Shown here in pieces: positions 44,053 to 59,374 of a stretch of 64,000 nt of DNA (the first letter of the stretch is position 1; each line of letters opens with the position of its first letter). The notes beneath the pieces are model-generated. The model was not told where the DNA came from and made no database searches. It saw only the letters and a list, made by a program, of their open reading frames with translations. This DNA comes from Chrysomallon squamiferum. Its lineage: Eukaryota; Animalia; Mollusca. The translations under genes were made by a program, and so were the position numbers. The DNA is taken from contig CM022678.1 of assembly GCA_012295275.1 (NCBI GenBank), positions 18,290,001 to 18,354,000 of the forward strand, read 5' to 3'.

Positions 44053-44297
44053 TCAGGTTGTAATGAATGTTTATGTCCGGGTTTTTTTTTCTTTTTAAAA
44101 AACACACCTAGTTAGATTTAAAGGCGATTTAATTTCTCATTTCTGTTTCAAATATGACAAATATTTTTTATTTTCTTTCTGATTTTACCAGTTTTATTGT
44201 AACTGAACTCGTTGTATTGGCCCAGTGTTTGCTCAAGCAAAGAACGCGCTGTTTTAATGAGCCTTAACAAGCGATCAGAACATTCGTTACAACCTGA
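44053..44297. mobile_element. MITE-like element (245 bp) with ~19-bp TIRs and flanking TA
   Basis: TA|tcaggttgtaatgaatgtt ... aacattcgttacaacctga|TA, with one mismatch between the TIRs. Confidence 0.5.
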
Positions 44298-44402
44298 TAC
44301 TGTTTCAAAATGTTCACTAAATAAACACAAACAGACACACAGACTTACCAGTACATAGTACAGTTTATCTTTAAAATTCTATTGTTGCCCGGCACTTTAT
44401 GT

Positions 44403-45736
<1,334 letters not shown>

Positions 45737-47113
45737 TCGTAGCATGTGACAACACTAAAACAATTATTTCAATCGGTCATGCAATACGATCGCTTTCGAC
45801 CTCCAGAACATTGCGTAATGGTGTTTCAACGCAACAAGTACACCTGTAAACTGAGGACTGAGATAGCCTCGCAGTGTTTCAGGTGCTTGTGTTTGTTCTA
45901 AAATAAATGAACACGGTCAGTGTCATGTTTACAATATGGGTGATAATTTCGAGCAGCGACTAAGAGAAAAACACCTGTTACCGTGTTAACCTATTATCGT
46001 GTTCTAGTATCCGTAGTAAACACGTTAGTCATAAAAATAACACGTGAGAACACGTATGACAGCTATTACTATTACAACTTCAACAACAGCAACTACTACT
46101 GCTATTACTACTACTATTACTACTATTACTACTACTACCACTGCAATTAAAACTTTAATACTACTACAACATCTATTATTACTGGTAATACTACTACAAC
46201 TACTACTATTACTACTACTGCTACTACTACTTGTACTGTTATTTACTACTATTAGTATGACTATTACTACTACTGCTACTACTAACGAAACAGACTAATA
46301 AACTATATAATAAAATAAAATAAAATACCACAAAATTAAATAAAATAAAATGAAATAAACGAAGTAAAATAAAATAAAATAAAATGGGGAAAAAAATAAA
46401 ACAAAATAATAAAATGAATAATAAAAAATGTCAATCAATAACATCTGTTCTCCAGTATCTGTCTACTACAATAAAAAAAAGAGAAAAAAAGAGAGAAAAA
46501 AAAAAAACTAAAGTAAAAAACAATATTATTTCAGTACAAAAATATAAAATACACCTGCAACCCACTTAAGCTTATAAACTTCAACATGACAGTGTTTTGT
46601 ACCCTGTTACCGGTCGTTAATTTAAATTTAAAATAATATTTAGGGCTGTTGTATGATTTAACAGTGAAGGTGTTTTAGTGTTGTGTTTATGTGTGTGTAC
46701 ATGCATGTATTGTTTGTGTGTACGTGTTTATACACATAAGTGCGTATGTATGTATATATGCAGACTGACATAAGTACACACAGATATATATACACATACA
46801 TATATGCCTATCTATGTATGAACGTGTTATGCATTTATCTGGTATTTTTAATGCATATATGTATGTCTGTGTGTACATGTGTCACTAAATCAATACATAC
46901 ACACACACATACATATATGTATAAATACACACACACAATACACGTGCACACAAACACACAGATACATATAGAAATATATACACAAACATATATGCCTACC
47001 TACGTATGTACGTAATATGCATGTATCTTGTCTTTTTAATGCATATACATATGTATGTACTTATATCAGTCTGCAAGCATGAATGTCAGTATCTCTTACA
47101 TCTCTTGGATAAT

Positions 47114-47144
<31 letters not shown>

Positions 47145-47537
47145 CACAGAAAATACAAGATAAGAAATTGATTTTCTTTCTTTAAAGATTTGCTGAGGCA
47201 AGAAAACACACACATGGTGTTATCGTCCTAGAGGTCAATGCCAGTGAATACTGTTTTTCTAAATATAATTTTTATAACGATTTTTGCGACGTCAGCTAAT
47301 TATTTTCGACGTCCGAGCTCATTGAAATAATTTATCAAAAAAACCCAATATCGCTGATTAGGCGATATTGCTGGTGTTTCTAATCGAAAACTTTATTGAA
47401 GGGCGGTGACGTAATAAAACAATAACGCGAAACACAACAACAGCTGCAGCAACACTAGCAACGACACAGAAATAAGAATAACAGCAACAGCAACAAATTA
47501 TGGAATGACGACGATGACAACAACAACAACAACTTGC

Positions 47538-47575
<38 letters not shown>

Positions 47576-47967
47576 CAACAACAACAACACCAAAACCACC
47601 ACCATCACAACCACCACCACCATCATCACCACCACCACCACCACCACCACCAACAGCAACAACCTCAATAATAATACAGATGGTGATGATGATGACGATA
47701 ACAAAAAAAAAAAAAAACGAGATAACATTAATCATTATTAGCATTAACTTTAATAATGACGACGATAACAGCAGCCGCAACAGCTGCAACAACAACAACC
47801 ACTGAAAACAAACAGCTATAGAAATCGCATGCAAACTGATATACAGAGAAATAAAAAAAAATGAATGTAGGAATTGTTTTTAATCATGTGAAAAATGAGT
47901 GATTATATAGAAAGAAAGAAGGCGAAATAATACGCACACACACAAACATACAAACACAGATTCACAT

Positions 47968-48079
<112 letters not shown>

Positions 48080-48326
48080 ATATAAACATTATAAAATTAG
48101 GTTAGAAAATTCTGTGGATTGTTTTGAAACTGTCACTCGTAATTTATGAAATGACAAGAGAAAAATATGACAAAGTAAAACAATGCCTCGCATAGCTTCG
48201 TGATCCGTGGAATGTCATATTTACATTTTGTGTAACATTTATCACGTTTCAACCTAGAAAAAACACCATCAAATACAGACCAGAAACAACGGTTCAGAAA
48301 AAAAAAAAAAAAAGAAAAGAGAAGAA

Positions 48327-48478
<152 letters not shown>

Positions 48479-49368
48479 TACACATATTCATATATATATA
48501 TACATACATATACACAAAACAGAAACACAGATGTACACACACTCACACACACACATGTATGTACATACACCTGACACATATACATACACACATACACAGA
48601 TACAAATATATGAACACAACACAGGCATAAATTACTGACACAGATACCCGCATGCGCACACACACACACACACAGACAGACAAACGTTTACAGAAAAAGA
48701 TAAACCATTTCCGTCATTTCGATTCCCATTTACTTTGTAACAACAAACACTGGAAGCTACATTTCCTTGATTCCAGACTTCCCCTTCCCCTTCCCTCTAC
48801 CCCCGGGCTACTGAAAAGCATGCCAAACTATCAGTCAGAAACCAGGACACGTGGGCGTCAATGTGCATGTTGTTGTATAACATCGTGGCCTACGGCAATG
48901 TCGTTATGCTTCGTTTACGACGTCTTTCTTTTTTTTTTTTTTGTCTCACTTGTTCATTCCACAAATAAAAGCAATACTTTGAACCGGGATAATTTTTATT
49001 CAGTACATTCTGTTGACATCATTGCTTTGTACATGTATTATTTAACCTTGATATCATACGGCTCGAATGTTTTTTTGTACTATACAAAAATAAACGTTTT
49101 ATTTATTTATTTGTTTATCAGTAAAATCGATAATTCCTTTGTGCCATCTAACAACTGGTTTTGTATAACAATGAAGACTGAAATTAAAACTCAAAAATGA
49201 AAATTATATCATGAATGTTTTCTGTATGTGCAGTTACTGTATGTGTGTGCATCTGGGTGTGTCTGTATGTTTGTCTGTGAATGTAAGTCTATCTGTCTGA
49301 AGTTTTGTATTCATGTAAATATATGGGTATGTTTTCATGTATATAGGTATGTGTGTATGTGTAATTAC

Positions 49369-49449
<81 letters not shown>

Positions 49450-49533
49450 GTTATTTCACTTTATTTTATTTTATTATGTACGTACATACACGTATACATA
49501 GATAGACGCAAATTTACGTACACACAAACACTA

Positions 49534-49564
<31 letters not shown>

Positions 49565-49578
49565 TACATACATACATG

Positions 49579-49611
<33 letters not shown>

Positions 49612-49694
49612 TAGTGTTTGTGTATACGTAAATTTGCGTCTATCTATGTATATGTGTATGTACGTACATAATAAAAAAAAATAAAGTGAAATAA
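49450..49694. repeat. Foldback inverted repeat (~90-bp arms) with (TA)n at the inner ends
   Basis: ttatttcacttta...tagacgcaaatttacgtacacacaaacactaatata versus tatattagtgtttgtgtatacgtaaatttgcgtcta...taaagtgaaataa. Confidence 0.88.
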
Positions 49695-50084
49695 GTAATA
49701 AATAATTGGAAAATAAAATAGACATAAATATAAAAATCAGCAAATCCTTAAGAAGGAAAAAAAAAAAGACAAAAAAAAAAAAAATAAAATAAAATAAAGA
49801 AAAATAAAGAAAAAAAGAATGAGATGAAGAAGAAAGAGAGAAAGGAATGGTAAGGTAATGAAAACAAAAATTTTTTTTTTTTTAGAAAATGGTTCGGGTT
49901 GTGCCGGATATATCTTTCGTTGCTGTCGGGTTCATGCACACCTAACTGAACCAATCCCTTGAAATACTTCACTGAAATAGATTGACACAGTCCGTTTTGG
50001 CGATCTACGTTATTATTAATTACTTAAGAAGATCTGTCTATAAGCAGATCACTTTCTGACCGCAGACGTGAAAGGAAAAAGACT

Positions 50085-50160
50085 CGAGGGCTGAAAGATT
50101 CGCGCCGATTGGTCGAAGAACGCTGTGACGTCACGAGCTCAGCAGACGAGAGTTTCAATC
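50085..50160. promoter_or_regulatory. CpG-rich promoter-like motif cluster, no gene assigned
   Basis: E2F-like TTCGCGCC (50099-50106), inverted CCAAT (ATTGG, ~50108) and perfect CRE TGACGTCA (50126-50133) within 35 bp. Confidence 0.4.
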
Positions 50161-50366
50161 GTGTGTCTCTCAGAAGTATTGATGCCTTTTGGCGCTTCCT
50201 TCTTTTTCTAAAATTAGATAACGTTGTCGTGTGTTACAGTCTTGACGTAATGGTTATAAATAACTGAAGTCTTTTGAAGTTCTCTTTTATTTTATTTTTT
50301 ATTTCTGATTTGCGTGATTCCGTATTTCTTTTTTCACAGCGAGGATATTTGAGAACTAGTGTAATT

Positions 50367-50460
<94 letters not shown>

Positions 50461-52308
50461 TAAATACAAACAAGATACTAAATTAATTTAAATTAATGAA
50501 ATTAAAAATAAAACACGAGTACAGGAAATACTTTCAGCCGCAGGAATTAGAATAATCCCAGCTAACTTGAAAGTGAAGGCGGTTTCTAAAAATAGACTCA
50601 TTAACAAAATGACTTGCCGTTTAATTGCTGATGTCATACTGACTTCACATAAATATATACATACTGCTAGCAACAACAGCTACTACTTTACTCCTACTAG
50701 TGCTAGTACCATCACTAGTACGAGTCTACTACTACTACTACTACAACTGCTACTACTATTAGAACGTCTCTGCTACCACCTCTACTGCCACGATTGCAAT
50801 AACAACGGCTACTACTACTGCAGTTACAAAACGCACAACATCAACTACTGTTACTTCTTACATTATTATTACTGCTACTGTTAAAGTGACGGATATAACT
50901 ACAACAACTACTACTACTGCAACATTGACTACAACGACATAACCATTAAAATAGCAACACCATAACGATAGCAGATGAACAACAACAGCGATGCCTGTTA
51001 TCTACATTGAAAGCAATTAAAACTACCGCTTTAACTACTACAACAATGTCAACAACAGCTACTTCTTCTGCTAACTTAACAACTAATAATACCGTCATCT
51101 CTGCACAATTATAGCGACAACAGCTACGATTGTTCTATTACTACAACCATGTCGACAGTAAAACTATTCTCTTTAAGAAAAATGTCTTTCTGTAAACTGC
51201 TGATGTCATTGTTGACTCTATTCTGTCGCAGTTTTCAGAACCACTAATTCATCTGTCGACATTTTAGAAATTGCTGCGCGATCTAAAAATAAATAGGTGA
51301 GATGGAAAAAGATGTGGGAGTGAAAGAAAATATCAAGAAAACAAAACAAAAACAAAAACGAAACAAAACAAATACCAGTACTAACAATAAGAAGAACAAA
51401 ACTTAGCAAAAATAATATAAAATTTGTAAAAATATTTATAATGATTATTATAATAGTAGCAATAATAAAAATAAATAATAATGATAATAATTATGAAGTA
51501 ATACAAATAATGATAAAATGATAATGATGATGATGATGTTGATGATAATAATAATAATAATAATAATGATGATGATGATCATCTTTTTTCACTATCGCCC
51601 GAGAAAATTTAATTTTCTGTTCTCCTCTTTCTATTATTTGTTCTTTTCAGTTCCTTTTTATCATTTTTCTCAAAAGTCTTTTTTTTTTCATTTATTTATT
51701 CATTCATTTCTTTTTTTCTTTCATTTGGCTGTGACAAATGCAAAATGCTATTTACTACGAACATTTCTACAGAGATAAATGGTTGTCTGTTAAATTGTCG
51801 TCTGCTACAAAAAAAAAAAATAATAATAATAATAATGATAAATAAATTTTAAAAAAAGTAAAAAAATAAAAAATAAAATAAAAATTAAGTGCAAGAAAAC
51901 GAAAGAAAAATAATAAGAAGAAAGGAAACAGAACACACATATATATATAAAAATAAATACGTTTAATGTAATTTACAAATAGATAAGCGAATACATGGAC
52001 AAAATAGTTATACTCGATGCACTTGAATGCCAAAACGAGATGATTATCTGAAGGGAAACAACTCGTGCTTTACGGTGACGAGTTAACGAGTTATCTCCTT
52101 CCAGTCTGTTATCTCAGCACGTTGATAGCTAAAGTACTGTGGGTAGATCGGGCGTCATTCAGTGCAAGCGATCAGAGTAAGGTAGTTAGCATAAATGTGT
52201 TCAGTTGTACTCAGTACGTACATAAATAAATATATTTAGTATTTCTTAATTAAGGTAGATCATTTTGACCAAGTCGTTTTAAAATTAGCTCGCAAGCTGA
52301 AAAAGTGT

Positions 52309-52339
<31 letters not shown>

Positions 52340-52673
52340 CATACATATAAACATATATACATACATACACACATTCATATGTACATATATACATACACAC
52401 ACACATTCATATGTACATATATACATACACACACACACACATATATACATATGCATATACAAACACTGTTGTTGTAAAGGATATCATCGCCCTTTCCTCA
52501 TTAACAAATTTATTTTAAAAATCATCTAATATATTTACCCTAAAATAAAGTGACAAACAATCAAGTAAAAAAACTTTAGTAGTTGCTGTTGTAGTAGTAA
52601 TAGTAGTAGTAGTAGTAGTAGTAATGATAATGACGATAATTTTTAAGAACAGTAGGAATTACAAAAGCCCCAG

Positions 52674-52704
<31 letters not shown>

Positions 52705-54560
52705 ACAAGCAAGCAAACAAACAGTCAAATAAATAAAAAAATAATTTTTTTTATTAAAAAACAATAATAATAAGGAAAAAACAATAATAATATTAATGAA
52801 AAAAAAAATAAAGAGTTCGATCACAGTCATTATATTATTAAAGTAAACTTAATACCTTTGTCGTGGAAGGCATATAAACAATTTCTTATCTACATTTCTT
52901 TCTAATTTTTTCATTTCCTTATGCTCTGATACGCCTCGCTGAAAACTGCTACCGTCTTGGTCACTGGTTTTCAACCTTTTTCATACCGCGACCCCTTAAG
53001 AGTAACTCAGTATGACCGATGACCCTTTAAACATTTTGATTGAATAATATCTAGAGTTACAATATTTTCATCAATCAATGACAGTACAAAAGGAACCTAT
53101 ATTCACTATGACGGGTCCCAGACCTATCTATACGTTTTTGTTTATCCCTCCTTCCAAGTCAAACTGGAATTAGTTAAAACACCCCCTCGCTCAGGAATGA
53201 TCTCTCGACCCTATGTGGTCTAGGTGTTATGAAATACACCTAACAATAGCATTAATATCTTTTGTTGTTATCGTTTAACTTGACTTAATAATAACAATAA
53301 CAATAATAATGATGATGATGATGAAGATGATGATAATAATAAGGATGATGATGATGATGATAATAATATCTACAACAACAAAACAACAAATAAATAAAAG
53401 AGAAAAGAGAAGAAAGAAATAAATGTCTTACAGTTTGGTAATAGTAACAATGACGTTAATGCTTGTAGTGGTAATAGCACAAATAACAATAGCTGTTGTT
53501 CTAGTGGTAGTAGTAGTAATAGTAGCAGTAGAAGCAGAACATGTAATTGTAGATGAAGTAGCAGTATAATAGTAGTAGCAACTAATGTTGTAGAAGTTGT
53601 AATAGTGGCAGTAGTTATTATAATAGAAATATTTGCGGTAATAGTAATAATAATTGTAATAGTTGTAGAGTAAAAAAATTGCATGGTAGAGAGTTTAAAA
53701 GTAATATTAATTGCTTAAGTTATTGGACTACTTGGAGTAACATAATAATATTTACAATAATAATAGTACATCTGTTAGTAGTGCTAGTAGTAATACAAGT
53801 AATATTAACAAACTGAATATAGTGTCAGTAGAAGCAGTAAAAATATTAATGTTAACAGTAGTAATAATCATTACAATGGTAATATACGAAATAATACAAG
53901 TAGTAGTAGTATTTGTTACATTATAGTAACAGTTGTAATAAAAATAGTGTCATACAGATTTACTTTGTGTTTTAAGTAAAGGTTCAGCCTGCATTCAGAA
54001 ATCGGTCCCACGTTTGCCGAATTGTGGCAGCTGTAAAACTAAAAAAAAAATATTAGCATCAGCAGTTGCGATGTGATAGTGATAACAGCAGTAGCTTTTG
54101 GTATGTTGTCATACGATCTGCAGTGGTAGTGCAATAGTACAAAAGTGACGTAGACAAAGTAGCTGCATTGTTATTAGTATTAATGTTATTAGCTGTTGTG
54201 CTAATGCTAGTATTCCTAGCTGCATTTCCGAGTTCATTTAACCACAAAAGATGTTTGCTATAAACAGGCAGCAATTAAAACCATCGTCGATATTTTCATC
54301 ACAGATTTAAGTGATACTGTACGAGTACAATCCAGAAACAGGCTTTTCTCAACGCGTTAAAAAAATTGGTCAGTTATTCTGAAATCTTTAGCGTTTAGAT
54401 CAATTGTGTTTAAACGTAAGATCAGACAGTCTGGGTAAATGACGTAAAACAGTAAACATCAAAATTCATTGTAATGACACAAGAGAGTTACGTAAGTCTG
54501 CCTGCAACGTCACCGATATACTTTTCTGACGTCATTTCATAGAAAGATTGGAAACAGTTT

Positions 54561-54808
54561 TTAGTGAAGTGAACACTGAGTGTTTTCAAGTAAGGGTTTT
54601 CGTTGATAAAAGACCCAAGGCTGCAGCTGTGTTGATGTTGGAACGGGAAAAGACACAAGATGACACTGTTGTGTTGTGTTTAAGTAATTGAATCCAAAAC
54701 AAGTAGGACTGCCGTTACACATCAATGAACACTGCTGTTTTGTAAATCTTCCTTCTATCTGAGCAGACGGCGAAAACATCAGTCCAAAGTTTCCATGAAA
54801 AGTAGAAG
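54561..54808 (-). CDS. F-type lectin/PAN protein copy 1, exon 4 (PAN/apple domain)
   Basis: TKQQCSLMCNGSPTCFGFNYLNTTQQCHL...WVFY is the PAN cysteine pattern. Acceptor ctcag| at 54809, phase 1; stop at 54561. Confidence 0.85.
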
Positions 54809-55375
54809 CTGAGCAGGAAGAATAAAAGTACAAAATAATTAAACAAGAACAGCAAAAAACAGATAAAACAACATAAAACAGCAATAAAACCAAAAACAAT
54901 AAAATCAAATAAAAAATTAAATTATACTAAACAACAACAAAGAGACAATTAAAAAGACGAAAAACAACAGCAAAAAAAAAAAAATATATAAAATAAAAAT
55001 AAAAATAAAAAAGAGTAAGAAACAACCAAAAAAAAATAAAATAAAATAAAATAAAAAATAAAAAAAGAGAAAGAAACAACAAAAACATACAAAACAAAAT
55101 AATGATCTATATACTAATTAAACAAACAAAGAAACAAACAAATAAATTAATTACAAAAAATGTATATGAAATAATAATAAAATAAAACACTATCATACAC
55201 GCACACGCACAAATATAAAATAAAACAAAAATAGGTAATTGAACAAAAACACCAGTAAAATAAGATAATACATTTTATAATAAAAATAACAAGCAAACAA
55301 AACAATTAAATCTTCTGAGTTATAAAAGCCTTTTCTTTTCTTTTTATATTTTAGTCTTTAAATAATAAAACTCAC

Positions 55376-55588
55376 CAGAATATTTGGCGTCACAACCAAA
55401 CACCATCACTTCACAAAGCGTTAGAAAACCTCGAGGAAGAAATACTTTTACGTATCTCGCGGGTCTTACGTTGTCGCAGTGAAGAGAGATTGTCTCCCCG
55501 TTTGCCACTGGTTCAGTGTAAGTGATACACACACTGGGGGCGCTGTTTTCAACGTACGTGAATATAGTGAAGTTTCGTAATCTGTCGC
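55376..55588 (-). CDS. F-type lectin/PAN protein copy 1, exon 3 (C-terminal half of the F-type lectin domain)
   Basis: GDRLRNFTI...C...C...PARYVKV...LTLCEVMVFG. Acceptor catcag|, donor G|GTGAG, 213 nt, phase 1-1. Confidence 0.9.
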
Positions 55589-56262
55589 CTGATGTAAGGT
55601 AGAAGACATAAATTAAAATAAATAAATATTCAAATAATAAATAAATAAAAAACTAAATAAATAAATTGATAAAACGAATATTGCTACTACTGCTACTACT
55701 GGTGCTGCTGCTACAACTGCAACTACCACTGCTTCTACTGCTGCTAGTGTTTCTGCCACCAGGAGTAGTACTGTCACTACTACTGCAACTATTACTGTTA
55801 GTGTTACTACCACAGCTACTGCTATTACTACAACTGCTACTACTACTACTAACATTAATATATTAATGCTAGTAATAATGTTAATATTAAAACAAACGCT
55901 AATGTTACTGGGGTTTTCATTATTATTTCCATGACCGAAATAATAGGCATTGATTCTCAAACTATGTTATTCGATTTTCATACTGTATTATTAGGAAAAA
56001 ACTATGAAAATCTCTAAATCAAGTGTTTATTTATTTTATGTTTAAACTTTCTGGTGACTGTCAGCTTCAGTTAGAAGCAGATAACACTAAGTATGTTGGA
56101 TGTTTCTTCATAATTGATATTTGTACTTTAACACTTTAATAGTAGCAAAGGTTGAGGTTCAGTTACAAAATTGATTTACTCGTTTTATACACATACACAC
56201 ACAAACAATATATATATATATAATAATAAGAAAAATAATAATAATAATTCATACGTTTTATA

Positions 56263-56322
<60 letters not shown>

Positions 56323-56345
56323 CTTTATTGTTAGTAAAGACTTAC

Positions 56346-56579
56346 CACAGCAGTCTCCACGGTTGACAATAGAAATCGTCTGAATGAAATAAAACCCGAG
56401 CAAGTCTACCTCCCACCACTGGTTGTGAGTGTAGCGTGTGTGGGTACATGACCAGGACTTATAATTTGGATTTGTGATGCCGTCCACGGCGTATTCAGAG
56501 AAAGCAATAAAGTTTCGATCAGGAAAGGACGACGACTGTTGTGTTGGTTTTCTTAAAGCCAGATTAGTCGAGCCAAAAG
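56346..56579 (-). CDS. F-type lectin/PAN protein copy 1, exon 2 (N-terminal half of the F-type lectin domain)
   Basis: NLALRKPTQQSS...AVDG...SCTHT...WWEVDL...NRGDCC. Together with exon 3 this forms the fucolectin H-X26-R-X-D-X4-R motif. 234 nt, phase 1-1, donor G|GTAAG. Confidence 0.92.
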
Positions 56580-57104
56580 CTAAAGAAATCAAACAAACCA
56601 ACCAAAAAATAAAAATACAATTTTAAATAATAAAAAGATAAACAATAAATAAAATAAAAATGCGTAAATTGGTTTTTAATGTTTTTTTAAAAAGTAAGAA
56701 AAAGATAATAAAATAAAATAAATAAAAAATAAAAATAAAATGAAATATAAGAAAACATAAATGAATAAGTAAATAAATGAATGAATAAAAGTAGAAAAAA
56801 TAACAAAAAAGAAAAAAGAAAGAACAGTAATTAGTAATTAAATATAATTATGTAACAGAAAAAATAAAATATAAATAAAAACAGAATAAATTAGAAGTAG
56901 CATTAATAATTAATAATATAGACAACAGTAGTAGCTGTGGAAGTAGTAATAGTAATATTAGAAATATTAGTAGTAGTAACTGTAAAACAGTCTAGGAAGT
57001 GGTAGTATTATAGTATTAGTATTAGTGATAATTACAATAATGGTAGTAGTAGTAGTAGTAGCAGCAGCAGAAGCAGTTGTAGTATTAAGTGTATCAGTGT
57101 CGGT

Positions 57105-57199
<95 letters not shown>

Positions 57200-57218
57200 T
57201 TCAAGGTTTATTTCTTAC

Positions 57219-57279
57219 CGTAAATGAAGAAAGTACAGGCCCAGGCTGTTAATAATTTGAACGAGAAAAAATCCTTCAT
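57219..57279 (-). CDS. F-type lectin/PAN protein copy 1, exon 1 (signal peptide)
   Basis: MKDFFSFKLLTAWACTFFIY followed by a phase-1 donor G|GTAAGA that joins in frame to AFGSTN. The four exons total 756 nt, or 251 aa plus stop. Confidence 0.75.
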
Positions 57280-59374
57280 TTCCTTCTGTCTTTGCTTGTT
57301 GTCACCGTGAATAAAACTCCACTGACTAAATTTTTATTTTAAACTGTATTTCAGTGACAACTGAATAATTAAATACTGAAACGATTCAGATCATTGGCTC
57401 ATACGACGATTTTGTTGTAGGAAAATGTAACTAAGCTTGTAAATTTATTATGCTCTTATTATTATATACAACTGGGAGAACAGAATTACGAAATTCACCC
57501 TTTCCTTCACAGAATATTTGTCAGAAGGGATTTCGGAAATCAATATACAACCTAAAATAAAAGAACAAATTTCAGATATTCATGAATGTTTGTTTGATTG
57601 AGTTATCAGCCGAAGATTCAGTTACTATTTTCGCAGATAGCACGGTTACCTGATGTTTCGTTCGATCAAAAAATCACTAGACTGCTATTACAATGTTTGA
57701 TTTGTTTATAACACAGCTGAGCAAGAAGTCATGAATATTTGAAATGTTTTTTTTAATCCAATGTACTTTCTATATTGATTTTGGCTATCTCTTTTTTGAA
57801 TCGTATTTTATTTATACTTATTCTTATTCTTATTCTTATTATTATTATTATTATTTTATAATTATTGTTCATGACATCATTTTCATTCTTTAAATGTTAA
57901 CCTGTGTTTGTATTTCAGTCAATGATGGAAATCAGTTTATGAAGTAAGCTACGCTTAGGGCTCGAATGAGTGTATTTTATGAGTTCCTTCGGGACATTTT
58001 TAGATATTATTGTTATTTATTTGTTTGCATGTTTGTTCATTTGTTTGTTTGTTTGTTTGTTTGTCGATTGATTGATTTATTTATTAATAAAACAGTGCAG
58101 GTCGTTTATTAGATCAGATATAACTGATAAATATTGAATTATCTTTTATAACGGTAATCGTGGCTATCGTATAACTTCTAATTTAAGAGACTGTAAAAGA
58201 ATCTAAATACAGTAAGTTGATTTTACTACAGAGAAAGGGATTTTATATTAAAACTACGCAACAGCAACATTAATCAGATACGTAGCGATTTATTGAGACC
58301 AGCATAACCACCTACCTAGTTTCCCAGTATGTTTTTGCTATTTGACAAAATAATAAATGCGTATTTTTCTTTGATCTGTTTATGTCTGATGTTTTCAAAC
58401 AGTGGAGAATGAAACGGCAAACGCAAGGAGGCAATGGAACCGTGAATTAAAATATTTTATTTACAATTAAGGATAGTCCATTCTGATAAACGAAACAGGT
58501 AAAACCCACTACTTTATTTGTTGGACTGTTCTGTCCAAGAGCACAAAAATATGTTTTTTAAGAATCATCTATTAAACAGCCTGTTATATAACACAGCGTG
58601 AAAAATCTCAATGGATTCCTGAAATAATAATTACTCCATATTAAGCTGCTTTTCTATTATCCCTAAACAACAAAACAAAGATGATATTCATGTCAATAAT
58701 AAAATGTATTTCATATTCAAAATAAATGAAACATTCTTTTACTTCACGGAATTTTCTCTTTTTATAAAGTAGTAATAACATATTATACAAATAACAGTTA
58801 CTGATATAAAAAGACTGCATATTATGAAATTAATGAACATGTTCTGTACTCACGTTCTGTAATCAAATAAAATAAAGTAAGTAAATAAATGTCAAAATAG
58901 AAATTATAATAATAATAAAAAGAAAGAAGTGATGATGAATAAAATTATTATGATAAACCTTTTTCTTTTTCTTGTTATTTCTTTATGTGTTATAATTATT
59001 TTGTTTAACTTATATTTCGTCGTCATCATCAACATTATTAATATGATCTTTATTTTGCTGTTCTGAAAGTCAGTAAATGGTGAAATAACATTTATGACAA
59101 AAAATATGGATCGAGTTACATTATGAGGTCATACTTTACAATGGTAGAACGATCATTTTAGATGTTTTGCTTGATGAACAGATCATATATAACTAGACAA
59201 CACATGCACATACACACACAGAAATAAGAAATCAAGCCTTAAGACTTCGGATAAACTTCAGTAACAGAATCAAGAGTGTCAAGTCACGTACAATATTTAG
59301 GACGACATACGGTATAACAGAATCCTAGGTCAGCTAGGATAGAGGCATACAGAACTCAAGATATAGTAACACTA

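Noticed and set aside
44148-44330. 60-aa minus-strand ORF with exon-like ends
   Set aside because: It overlaps the TIR-bounded MITE-like element and shows no homology I recognise.
52051-52101. Short inverted motif aagggaaacaactc...gagttatctcctt, with a similar word at ~27664
   Set aside because: It resembles a common dispersed molluscan repeat motif and is too short to call an element.
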